Positions 50,979 to 62,822 of a stretch of DNA of 64,000 nucleotides are shown piece after piece. Each line of letters opens with the position of its first letter. The first letter of the stretch is position 1. The stretch is from contig CM060733.1 in the NCBI GenBank assembly GCA_030704615.1, forward strand, positions 38,068,001 to 38,132,000, read 5' to 3'. Source of the stretch: Takakia lepidozioides. Its lineage: Eukaryota > Plantae > Bryophyta. The translations under genes were made by a program, and so were the position numbers. The notes under the pieces were generated by a model, which was not told the DNA's origin, did no database searches, and worked only from the letters and a program-made list of their open reading frames with translations.

Positions 50979-52892
50979 TGGCAGTTGGCAGTTGGCATCC
51001 TGGGCTCCTCTGCAAATGAACACCCAATCATCAAGTCTTGCAAGCGTTTGCCTATCTTCTTGTATGTCTACCGCCCCTTGGCCATGGCTGGACCAAGTTG
51101 ATTGAAATCATGTTGCTGATTCGAACCTGTCAGCCTTTTCCATACTTGCGACATGAAAAGCAGCCTGACAAGTTTGAAGGGATTCCTGAATTTAGGTCAG
51201 TTGCTAGAGGTATAGGGAGGGACTTGGCCTTGCAGTGATTGACGTAAACACAAGGAGTTTCCATGTGTATTGTTTACTGTTCTTGAAATTGACCTCGTAA
51301 TCACATCAGTTTTGCAGCATAGTGTGAGGATCACGTGTTAACCTCTTGACATCCTCAGATATGATTTGTGAGACCTAGTATGATGCTGATGCCAACCAAA
51401 AATTATGGCGAGGGGGAAGTGATGCAGAAGAGTATGGTGAAGTGTGGAAGTGTCTAATCCTATACCTCCAATAATGATGCTGCCATCTAAGTCAGACTGG
51501 AATAGGGAACTTGTAACATATATATAATCTTTTATATTTCTGACAAGTTGAAAATTTTGAGCAGAAGCTCAAGCAACATGGGATTTGAATGTTTGGGGTC
51601 GTTTCAACAGAGACATGAACTACCACTGCAGTCTAATTAGAAGTGTTGTGGTGTGTCGGATTGAGTGTTGGGTGTTCATCTTGATTGGTGGTCCGAATTG
51701 TGCAGTACAAACTACACTAGAGATCAGCTCATAAGTGAACTGGCAAATGGAACCAAGGTGGTGTTCTCGATGGGCCTTGCAGTTAGCACTGTAGTAGCAG
51801 CTGGTGTTCTAAGCTATGCCATCATCAAGTACATGCCTACTTTTTTTGTTTTTGTTACACCATCACCATATATCGTGCTGGGGCCTCAATAAAAGAAAGG
51901 ATGGGTCTTGTGGGATTGATATGCTTTGTCACAATGTTGCTCTGTCTCTCCAGTCAGCCCATTCAGAGTATATGACAATAAAGTACAATGTTGTAGCTTG
52001 CCTTGCCCCTTACAAGCCTTGCATTGTAAAGAGGAAGTGCTTTTGTCTCGAGCAGCCAAAATCTCAACCTTCTGAAGCCACCCTGAACTCCATCTTTCCC
52101 TCTCCTGTTATATGGAGATCCATGGGTGTTCTATGTTAGACCAAGAGCCCAGTGTGCCCCATTCACTACACTCACAAGGCATACTAATGGGAAATAATGC
52201 AATTGCAAGCCCTATCCTATGGAATTTTTTCTACAGAAACAGCTCCTACATCTATATGTCAACTTCAGCATTTTTGTGCTGGAACAAACGTAAGTTTCAG
52301 ATTTCATGTCAATCCTCACTAACTTTGAGTGTCATTGGCTGTGCACTAAAACAATTCTATGTCTGACCCACCTGCTTGAACATCAAAGTGAGAGTCATGG
52401 GATATTCAAGTCCTAAGAAAATCCGTGAGAATTACAGTACGTACTATAGTTGGTAGCTTTCAGAAACATGAAGGACCTTTCTCAACAATCCTGGAGAGAA
52501 CAAGAGACAAGAACTACAAAACAAGCACAGGGAACCAGTTGTATTATCGTTACCCAACCCTCATCTTTTGCTTGTGTAACCCTGCAGTATTACTCAGCTC
52601 TCATTTCATGTTCTGAAGAGCACCTAGGACAACCAAAGGCCATGCTAGCACTCTGTAATTCTTATGCAGACTAGTTCAAGTGCTGGTGTAAACCACGCTT
52701 CCCCTTGGCAACCTGGCGTTGGCCACCACCAGTTACTTCCCTACTGGTTCCTGGTCCTCACCAGTCAAGCGCTCTTCGATGCAGGCATGGCATATTCTGT
52801 CTTGGTCAACAGCCAATTCATCGCCTCTACATTTGGGACCACCTTCAGGCTTCTCCAGTCCGGTGGGCTTCTACACTCACATTGAAACCTCA

Positions 52893-53670
52893 CTACTTGA
52901 AGGCGGGGGGAAACCCAATCTTGAACTTGTCGTAGGAAGAAATAATGCTTGCTTGGTGCAGAATTGTCCCGCACAGGTCCAGGAAAACCCTCAAAGAATC
53001 CAAACAATCTTCGACGCCCACATCCAACGCCGTGAGCGTTTGGAAATGGGCCTCCTCATCTCGTGCCAAGAGGCAGGCAAGAGGCACGTTCTTGCAATTT
53101 GCTTATACTTAAACGTAGACATCTCCAATATACCGGCCCCCACCTGCAAGACAACACAACAAGTTCAGAAAAACTAAACTAAAACTAAAACCGAAGATGG
53201 AAAGAAGGAAAATAAGGAGAGGAAATTACCTTGACTTGCTTCGTGAACTGAGCACTGTATATTAGCCAGCCCTGCCTCCCCACTGTCCACTTAAGGATCT
53301 TGGCGGCACAAATGGTGAGCTGTTTTCTGCACTGACGCCTTGAAATACTACTCAAGTCGTTCACTTGCCCTTGCAAGCGAGATAATATCCCTTCCATTGC
53401 AGCAAACTTTTCATCCACGGTTAACTTGGGTTTTACAATGGTCTTTGTTGACGGTCCTGCAAGTGGAGGAAAGTCCTCCTGCAAGTGAAGGCACACGAGG
53501 ATCAGTACATACTACAAAGCCAACAAACGATACAATGACTGAAAAAATCAAGCACGGAGAGAGAGAATTACCTCATTCAGGAGGTTATTAGATCTAGCCA
53601 AGAATGCCACCTTTGCAGTTTGGTCCTCCACCAATGAGGAGCAAGCACTGTTGTCCCCAACATAGCACCA
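52893..53670 (-). pseudogene. 3' exons of an unidentified gene (frameshifted)
   Basis: Exon-like blocks at ~53670-53571, 53478-53230 and 53143-52893 with AG/GT borders (EDFPPLAGP...MEGILSRLQGQV...; ...IISSYDKFKIGFPPAFK*). Confidence 0.45.
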
Positions 53671-56160
53671 CAACACAAATTCCTTTCTATTCAATACCTA
53701 ACGGAAGATGATCTCATACAATATCCATGCATTTGAAAGCCATATGAAAGATCATGGGACCAAACATTCATAGGTCACATGAAAGCTCCTTGCAAGGCTA
53801 ACTGAATGAATCAGCAGTAACGACCCACAACCTCTTTGAGCAACAAAGAGAATCTGGGAGGGTTTCAAAAAGATCTTCCCTCAAAAAAAGGGTTCTAAAC
53901 CTGTGCACATACATTGGGTACCCAACTTCATATCTACTAGGGTAGCTAGGGTTGCCTGTGCCGTTGGCCCAAGTGAGCTATATGATTACTTCCACAATTA
54001 CATCGTGTAAAGCGTCTGGAGTACCAGCCGACACAGGGTTCTGGAAGTATAGCATCAAGTCAAAAGAGGCATTCACGGAATCCAACTTTACCCTGTCTGT
54101 AGGTGTCCGTCGGGAAGGTTTGGATTCTGCACAATTGCTTTGATCGCATCTCCCGCCGCATCTGTTCCCAGACCACTTTTCATTAAAACACTTGTTTAAA
54201 GGCAATCATACCTCATATCCCTTGTGCCCTACATCCCTAAACTAGCTTACGAGTGCAACAGCATGGAATACCAACCTGTACCTGAAGCACGGCTCTGCCA
54301 CTACAATCAGTGGAAAATCCTTGTTGTTTATTGCCTTACACTGAACAGGAGGGATGGCTTCTCTTTGATGCAATACAAGTGGAGGTTTTATTTTTCAGTT
54401 TTGCACCAGTCTTGAAGCCTGTATTATTGGGTTGGAGCTTTGCAGTTGACGAGCAAGCATTGTTGTCCCCGACATAGCCCCACAACACAAATTCCTTTCT
54501 ATTCAATACCCAACCGAAGATGATCTCATACAATATCCATGCATTTGAAAGCCATCTGAAAGATCCTGGGGACCAAACATTCATAGGTCACATGAAAGGT
54601 CCTTGCAAGGCTAACCAAATGAATCAGCAGTAATGACCCACAACCTCTCTAAGCAACAAAGAGAACCTCGGAGGGTTTCAAAAACATCTTCCCTCAAAAA
54701 AAGGGTTCTGAACTTGTGCACATACATTGGGTACCCAACTTCATATCTACTAGGGTAGCTAGGGTTGCCTGTGTCGTTGGCCCAAGTGAGCTATATGATT
54801 ACTTCCTCAATTACATCGTTTAAAGCGTCTGGAGTACCAGCCGACACAGGGTTCTGGAAGTATAGCGTCAAGTCAGAAGAGGCATTCACGGAATCCAGCT
54901 TCACCCTGTCTGCAGATATCCGTGGGGAAGGTTTGGATTCAGCTCAATTGCTTTGATCGCATTTGCCACCACATCTGTTCCCATACCATCTTTCATTAAA
55001 ACACTTGTTTAAAAAGCAATCATACCTCGTATCCTTTGTGCCCTATATCCCTAAACTAGCTTACGAGTGCAACAACAACCTGTACCTGAAGCATGGCTCT
55101 GCCACTACAGTCAGTGGAAAATCCTTGCTGTTTATTGTCTTACACTGAACAGGAGGGATGGCTTCTTCTCTTTGATGCAACACAAGTGGATGTTTTATCT
55201 TTCAGTTTTGCACCAGTCTTGAAGCCTGTATTATTGGGTTGGAGCTTTGCAGTCTGGTCCTCCATTGAGGAGCAAGCACTGCTGTCCCCGACATAGCACC
55301 ACAACACAAAATCCCTTCTATTCAATACCCGATGGAAGATGATCTCATACAATATCCATGCATTTGAAAGCCATCTGAAAGATTCTGGGACCAAACATTC
55401 GTAGGTCACATGAAAGCTCCTTGCAAGGCTAACCGAATGAATCAACAGTAATGACCCACAACCTCTCTAAGCAACAAAGAGAACCTGGGGGGGTTTCAAA
55501 AAGATCTTCCTTCAGAAAAAGGTTTCTAAACCTGTGCACATACCTTGGGTACACAACTTCATATCTATTAGGGTAGCTAGGATAGCCTGTGCCGTTGGCC
55601 AAGTTAGCTATATGATTACTTCCGCAATTACATCGTTTAAAGCGTCTGGAGTACCAGCCGACACAGGGTTCTGGAAGTATAGCGTCAAGTCAGAAGAGGC
55701 ATTCACGGAATCCAGCTTCACCCTGTCTGCAGATATCCGTGGGGAAGGTTTGGATTCAGCTCAATTGCTTTGATCGCATCTGCCACCGCATCTGTTCCCA
55801 GACCATCTTTCATTAAAACACTTGTTTAAAAGCAATCATACCTCGTATCCTTTGTGCCCTATATCCCTAAACTAGCTTACGAGTGCAACAACAACCTGTA
55901 CCTGAAGCATGGCTCTGCCACTACAGTCAGTGGAAAATCCTTGCTGTTTATTGTCTTACACTGAACAGGAGGGATGGCTTCTTCTCTTTGATGCAACACA
56001 AGTGGATGTTTTATCTTTCAGTTTTGCACCAGTCTTGAAGCCTATATTATTGGGTTGGAGCTTTGCAGTCTAGTCCTCCATTGAGGAGCAAGCACTGCTG
56101 TCCCCGACATAGCACCACAACACAAATTCTTTTCTATTCAATAGCCAACGGAAGATGATC
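53611..56160. repeat. Tandem array of ~810-830-bp units (~3.1 copies), with partial copies at 56350-56560 and (inverted) 61772-61868
   Basis: The unit landmark ctttgcagt recurs at ~53611, 54438, 55245 and 56061. The same ORF fragments are repeated (ASGVPADTGFWKYS). Confidence 0.92.
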
Positions 56161-56261
56161 TGATACCCACTTGAATCAGGCTTGCACGGGATAAGACAAC
56201 CTGAAATGTATCTGATTACTTACTAACACTATTTTAACTCTACAAACCCTAAACCCAAAGA

Positions 56262-56318
56262 ATGTACTCATAAGATGTTGTTTGCCGTAGCCTTGTGGCC
56301 ATAGACCCCGAGCCCAAT
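56262..56318 (-). mobile_element. 57-bp 3'-end copy of the TCT-targeting LINE
   Basis: tgtactcataagatgttgtttgccgtagccttgtggcc is the reverse complement of the family end. A 14-bp TSD cctaa(a/g)cccaaaga lies at 56248-56261 and 56319-56332. Confidence 0.88.
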
Positions 56319-56579
56319 CCTAAGCCCAAAGAGAGAGATAGAGAGAGCACTATATGATTACTTCCGCTATTACATCGTTTAAAGCGTCTGGAGTACCAAC
56401 CGACGTAGGGTTCTGGAAGTATAGCATCAAGTCAAAAGAGGCATTCACGGAATCCAGCTTAACCTTTTCTGCAGATATCCGTGGGGAAGGTTCGGATTCA
56501 GCTCAATTGCTTTGATCGCATCTGCCGCCGCATCTGTTCCCAGCCCATCTTTCATTCAAACACAAGTTTTTTTATGGTG

Positions 56580-58534
56580 TGTATGTATCTCTCTCTTTCT
56601 CTCTCTCTATAGTATAGAATGCAAAACTACCTAATAATTATGATGGTTTGTTTATTTTGTATTAACTACCTACTTAGAGAGATTCATTTGAATTCAACTT
56701 TAGATTGGATGTGTCTTTTTCTTTTTCTTTTTCTTTCTATTTCTCTCTCTCACACACATTTTCATAGTATAACTAGAATGAAAAATTACCTAATAGTTAT
56801 GATGTTTTGTATTGTGTGGACTACATACTTATACATATTCATTTTAATTCAACTTTGGATTGTATCTCCTCTTTCACTCTCACATATAGTATAACATAGA
56901 ATGAAAAAGTGCCTATTAATATGTATGAAGTTTAACAAACAACCATAATGATGAAGGGTTTGGGGATGATGCTTACTTAGGAGATGTACACTAATAAATG
57001 TTCATGCAATGATACTTCCCATAGGGATCTCTTTCTCTTCCTCTCTCATTCAGTCACTCCCTCACTTGTAGTATAACATAGGATGAAAAACTACGTATTA
57101 TAGTTGTAATGTTTATTAGACAACACTAATATATGACTATATGCATGGATGTAGTGCTAAGATATGATAACATTCATATTGGATTATTTTCTTCAGGAGA
57201 GTTTATAGATTGGTTTAGGTTATTCCGACTCCTTCCATCTATGAAAATTCTTGAGTCTCTATTGTGAGTTACAATCCTGAGGAACATGAAATCGCACATC
57301 ATGAAGATAGTGCAACCCAAATAGTGGAAGATCATGTTGCTTATGGTAGTCATGGTCGAGGTTGTGGTCGGGGTTGAAGTCGTGCCCATGCTCGTGTCAC
57401 CTCACTAAGTACACCATGACCTCATACAGGAGTAATACCCACTCGTGAATAACTAGTATCGATGGGATTTACTTCTGAATCTCAATATTTTGCCAGCATG
57501 GTGATGGCATTGGGGCTTGCATTCTTAACAGAACTAGGGGGATAATGTGCAAGCAAGATCAATCAAGATAGTTGTATTAGCATGTTGTATACATATATGT
57601 ATGCATTCCAAGACATTTCAATTCTTATTTGTGTATTGAGCTGTTCAGGCAGGTAGTCAGACATTCATTATTAACTATCGTAATAATGGACTACATGGAG
57701 TAACAAGGCTACCTATATAATTAAGTCCTCTAGACCATAAACTAAAGCACTACCTTACTGTGGGTAGTGACAAAGTTCACAAAGGCTTAAGAATAAATAT
57801 TGAATGTTTGACTACCTTTGGTCAATACACAATCAAGAATTGAAATATCTTGGAGTGCATACATACATATATGTATGTGCTAATACAACTGTCTTGAGTG
57901 ATCTTGCTTGGACATTATCCCTTAGTTCTCCTCAGAATGCAAGCCTCAATGTCATCACGATGCTAGTAAATATATTGAGATTCAGAAGTAAATCCCATTG
58001 ATACGAGTTGTTCACGAGTGGTTGTTACTCCCGTATGAGGTTATGTATTTAGTGAGGTGACACGAGCATGGGCACGACTTCGACCTCGACCTCGACTAGC
58101 AAAAGCAATACGATCTTCTAATATTTGGGCTGCACTATCTTCATGTGTTGTTTCATGTTCCTTGGAATTGTAACTCACAATAGGGATAGAAGAGTTTTCA
58201 TGGATAGAAGGAGTCGGAAAAACCTAAATCAATCTATAAACTCTAAAACCTTCAAGGAAATTGAGCACTAGATCCATGCACACAGTCATACATTATTGTT
58301 GTTTAATAAACATTACAGTTATAATACGTAGTTTTTCATCCTATGTTATAAATACTACATATGAGGGAATGACTGAGTGAGAGAGAAAGAGAAGGAAATC
58401 CCTCTTGGAAGTATCATAGTATGAACACTTGCTAATGTACATGTCCTGAGTAAGCACCATCCCTAAACCCTCCATCATTATGATTGTTTGTTGAACTCAT
58501 TATTAATAGATATTTTTTTCACTCTATGTTATAC
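56580..58534. mobile_element. Foldback element (arms 56885-57667 / 57801-58534), same family as 31045-35330
   Basis: ~750-bp imperfect inverted arms around a ~130-bp spacer, with tandem subrepeats tatagtat..aatg.aaaa at 56600-57090. Confidence 0.85.
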
Positions 58535-58569
58535 ACCGGCTTGGTCTCATGATTTTTGGACTGGCGGTG

Positions 58570-59040
58570 TGGGAGATATGGAATTTCAAGTGCTTTGGGT
58601 CGCTGAAAATTTGGGAAAAATAGCAAAGTGGACTTTCCTGGAGCAATGATTGGCCCTTCATGTGGGAGATTTGGAATTTCAAGTACTTTTGGTTGTTGGA
58701 AATTCGTGAAAAATAGCAAAGTGGATATATCAATATAAGAAGCCTCGACAGGGGAGATTGCAAAAATACCAAACTATGATTTGCTGGAACAATGACGTGG
58801 AGATCTCCCAAACTGTAGGATCTCTGCATACATAGGGGATTACACTTGGACTTAGATGACATTGGACACTTCTGGAGGTTGCATTTGGGCCTCTACATGG
58901 GATAAACACTTGGATACATAGAAGATTGCACTTGGGCTTAGATGACAGTGGGGATTGCTAGTCCGTGAGCGGCTCACGTGAGCGGAAAGATACGTGAGCG
59001 AGAAGATGTCAATCTGTGAGCGGAAAGATGCTCACGTAAT
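58570..59040. repeat. Cluster of short direct repeats (~93-bp period pair; cgtgagcgg motifs)
   Basis: gtgggagat.tggaatttcaagt...aaatagcaaagtgga occurs at 58570 and 58662, cacttgg.cttagatgaca occurs twice, and (c/t)gtgagcg occurs four times at 58964-59025. Confidence 0.7.
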
Positions 59041-59730
59041 AGGGTGCATGGGCCTACAATCGCGGATGGGGAAGCCCCAAGATTTCCGCGGGAATGAGTG
59101 TACATATCATGTGTACTTGGATGACTGTTGGATGAATGATGGATGAATAATTCATGAATGGTTGAATGCAAGATGGCTGATGGATAGACATATGCTTCGC
59201 AATGCATGAACAATGGATGAGTGGATGGTTAAAGACTGGATATATTATCGAGGGTCATCGCTCAGGTACTTCCCTGGAATGAGGATATGGTAGACGTACC
59301 TGAACCATACATTTAGAAAACACAGATGCAGCAAGTGCTTGTTAACTCCAGTTAAAACCCCTTGTAATAAATGTCGCGTTGATGCAAGGTTGATCCCTGA
59401 ACTTCCCAAAAGACTAGAAGACATGAAACACTAAGCAAGACGAAGATTTATCTCTTTGTGGTCATGGTTGAGGTGCCTGATTTCAGCAAAGGTGCCGCTG
59501 CAGCTGCTACCTTTAGGTGACCATCAACCAATGCAGGTTTCTTATAGCTATTGATCCATAGGGAATCATAGGTAATTTGGAGCTTGAAGTTCTAGGAAAC
59601 ACCCAACTCAACTTATCACACTAGTTCGTATGCTCAATTGCATCTGTTACTCTCTGTAATCCAACATGCATTCACATTTTTGCCTCGGTTGTCCCACCAT
59701 TAATTGGGGCCAGAAAAAGTATTCATTACA

Positions 59731-60270
59731 CAGCTTCTCCTCAGCTCTGTTACCTGTTTCTGGATACTTTCCTGTTGTCATATTGGCAATATCATGTCAT
59801 TCACTCCAAACTATCAAAGGTTTACTCAACTAGCTAATTTGCAAAATTCAACACGGAAATTTAGGGCCGACTCTGATAAGAGGGAAAAATAGGGTGAAAT
59901 GTATTGAAGAAGATGTCTTCATTAGTAGTGTCTGACCGCTGCCGTTGCGGGTTGCAGTTGACCATCTATCCTTGCTCCTTCAGCTATCTGTGCAGAGAGC
60001 CTCTGTCAGTCAGTCTGCCTCTTCACATGCGCAGAAGTGCCAGAAGAGGCATTGTGGATTCCCTCTCTTGATCATCTTTCAGAAGCTGCGGTCATCGTTG
60101 AGGTGAGCATTCCAGAGCTTCTCCTCGTCTTTATTATCAATTTTTCGATTATTTCCTATTGCCACATTGGCAGTAACATGTCAAAATCACTCCAAAACCA
60201 CCATAGATCCACCAACGAGCTAACTTGCAGAGTTCAACATCAAAATTTAGGGACAACTCTGATAACAGGA
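59731..60270 (+). repeat. Diverged ~160-bp direct repeat pair (59731-59893, 60115-60270)
   Basis: agcttctcctc...attggca...catgtca...cactccaaa...agctaa.ttgca...ttcaaca...aaatttaggg...actctgataa is present in both copies. Confidence 0.7.
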
Positions 60271-62295
60271 TCTCAGGGCCAAGTCTGATGAAAGGCAAAA
60301 CAGACTAAAATAGGTCGAATGAGAAGGTGCCCTCACCACATTGCGTGAAACCCCTCCGCACTCGAGCACGACCTTCCCCGCGCTGCTTTGCGGGCATTTC
60401 GGGCAGGTTCCAAAGAAATTGACGACGACGATGATGTGTCCACGATGACCTAGCTATGATGACGTGTCTACGAAACGTGGCGACGATGATATGGCACTAT
60501 GGCACCCTATTCCTGTTCTACGCTAAACTAGCTTTCGACCTTCGGTCGTCGCTAGAACTAATATCAAGTGCTCAAGGACCCCAGGTAATCCTGGTTACAA
60601 TATAAAACTGCTGTTTAAAAAAATTAAAATCTGATGATCTGTGTCTCCGATCTTGTTAACATTAGAGCCTATAGAGAGTATTATCTTAATTCTCTGCGAT
60701 CCAATAACTCTATCATGAAAATCCTCCGAGGTGAATACACTAGGCCAATTCGATTTTTGCCCAAAACAATCCAGACTCAATGTGCCAAAACTTAGTTAAA
60801 AACGGAACTCCGACTCTGAAATCAACTCACCGACTCCAGAGTTAGCAGCGGGAAGAAAACGATACAACATCTGCTTAGCTCTAGATCTACCAACAAAAAT
60901 TAATCCCCAAAAAGTTAGCAAAGAACCCAAGATCCGTATCAGTAATCATCTGCAAACCCCCAAACCCAACAAATACGATTTGGCAGAAATTAATCGACAG
61001 TGTTGTGGATCGGGAAGTAGATATGAAGTACTAAAAGAATGCGTAAGCTGGCATATACAAAAGGGTCAATGTAAGCAAGCCACGACACGGCGGATGACGA
61101 ATAGACAGACTACCACAAAGAAACCTGAAATGCAGACCGTTCTCCTGGTGAAAAAGTGATGGAGTTCGACCAAAAGCAAAAAAAGAGTACACATACTAAG
61201 CAAACTCCCTCAAAGTGGAACTTGCTAGGGCACAAACAAAGAAGAGACAGAGGGAAAGGCATTGAACACTAAATTCAAAACAAGAGAGAGAAACCCCACA
61301 GGAAAATCTGTGGAGAAGAGACAGATCTACTCATGAAAGCACCCAACAAAACGTCGAAGAAAGAGCTTGCACCTTGCTCACCCGCGATCGCAATCGCTCC
61401 GCTGCCACACTTGTGAAACAGACGTCCTACAACTTTTAGAGCAGTCCACCAGAGTCTTTCTTTTTTATCTTTCTCGTTATTTTAAACTATACGTTAAAAT
61501 CCTAAATTAGTCTGGTCCTAAATTTTGAACCCATTCGAAAATTCGATTACTAAGGAAAAGGGTTTACCTGCGGGCTGGTAGCTCAGCTCGATAGTGCACT
61601 GTGCGTCACCCTGGTAGTTCGGGGTTAGAACGTTAGAACCCTGCAGCTGTGTCCTGCGGGTATTTGTTTCGCCTTGCTATGAGAGAGAGAGAGGAGGGAG
61701 AGAGAGAAAGCATCGCGGACGAGTTGGAGAAGAAAGGGCACGCTGACAAGGACTACGATGATGCTTCATCGTTCAGGTTAGGTTGTGGTATTCCGTGCTG
61801 TTGCACTCGTAAGCTAGTTTAGGGATATAGGGCACAAATGACGTGAGGTGTGATTGCTTTTAAAACAAAGAGTTTTGGATTAGGTAATCCAACCTAAAGT
61901 TGAATCAAAATAAATATCTACAAGTAGGTAGTCAAGATAAAACAAAAAGAAAAGAACCTTGTACTGTGGTTTTTGTCTCGAGCTTGGAGGCAGAGCTCGT
62001 TGACGAGGTCGACGTTGATGGAGCACAAAAACAAATTAGGGATTTCAATTGTTTTAGTATGGGTTAGGTTTAGGTCGGGTTAACATTGGATTAGAGATCA
62101 GGTTAGGGGAGAGGGTTAGGTCAGGTTAGTTAGGGGGTTAAGATGGGCGGGTCAGGCAAGCCTGGGGATGGAGGTGGCAAACCCGCAAGCGAATGCGGAG
62201 GCCTCTATCTCTGCCTCTAGCTCTGCCTCTAACTTATTCCCTTCTCTAGTTTTCTCTGGCCCCCTCCTCTACGCTTCATCGTCGTCCGTCGACTT

Positions 62296-62822
62296 CAGTT
62301 GGGACTTGTCGTTTTCTGTTCGTTCTCTTTTTCTCGTTCGTTCTTTTTCATTCCGCACCCGTTACGTAACGGAAATCATGAGGGAAATACAGGCCTCCGT
62401 TACTGTGCCGTTTGTGTAACGGGGACCGTAACTGCCTTCAAGTCCGTTGACAAGGTGGTGCACTGCTCTAGGAATTCTTTGAGAGCGATAAGAGAGAGAC
62501 GAGACAAGAGAGATCGCTGGACCCCATCCTCTCAGACAAGAAGTTTTTCAAAATTGGCCTGGGTCTTAGAATTTTCAGGCTCTTTGCATGAATGCCACAT
62601 TGACTGGGTGGCACCGTGCAAGGGCTATAGCCTTGACACCTCCAACAACCTTCGTCATAGCTACAAATGGTAAATCTTGGGAAAAGAGGACGAGATTGAG
62701 CATGGTGGGGAGAAGTGCTGTTCTTAGAAGCATGCCTGAGCCCTTTTTCTACTGCTTAGTAGACATAGATTGTTTGAATACTTGAAACAAGCATGAATAG
62801 TTCATTTGCCACTCTCTTATTG
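62296..62822 (+). repeat. Inverted duplicate of the PPR-DYW gene 5' region (30008-30507)
   Basis: Continuous similarity from cagttgggac.tgtcgttttctgttcg to tttgccactctcttattg with the reverse complement of 30008-30507. Confidence 0.9.
62614..62647 (-). mobile_element. 34-bp remnant of the tRNA-TRIM LTR 5' end
   Basis: ccgtgcaagggctatagccttgacacctccaaca is the exact reverse complement of the LTR start at 7082-7115. It is absent from the paralogous site at ~30185. Confidence 0.9.

Noticed and set aside
61572-61650. tRNA-derived SINE-like fragment (similar B-box-like patch at 35440-35500)
   Set aside because: Only an A-box-like or B-box-like patch is visible, with no TSD or tail, so it is too degenerate to support.
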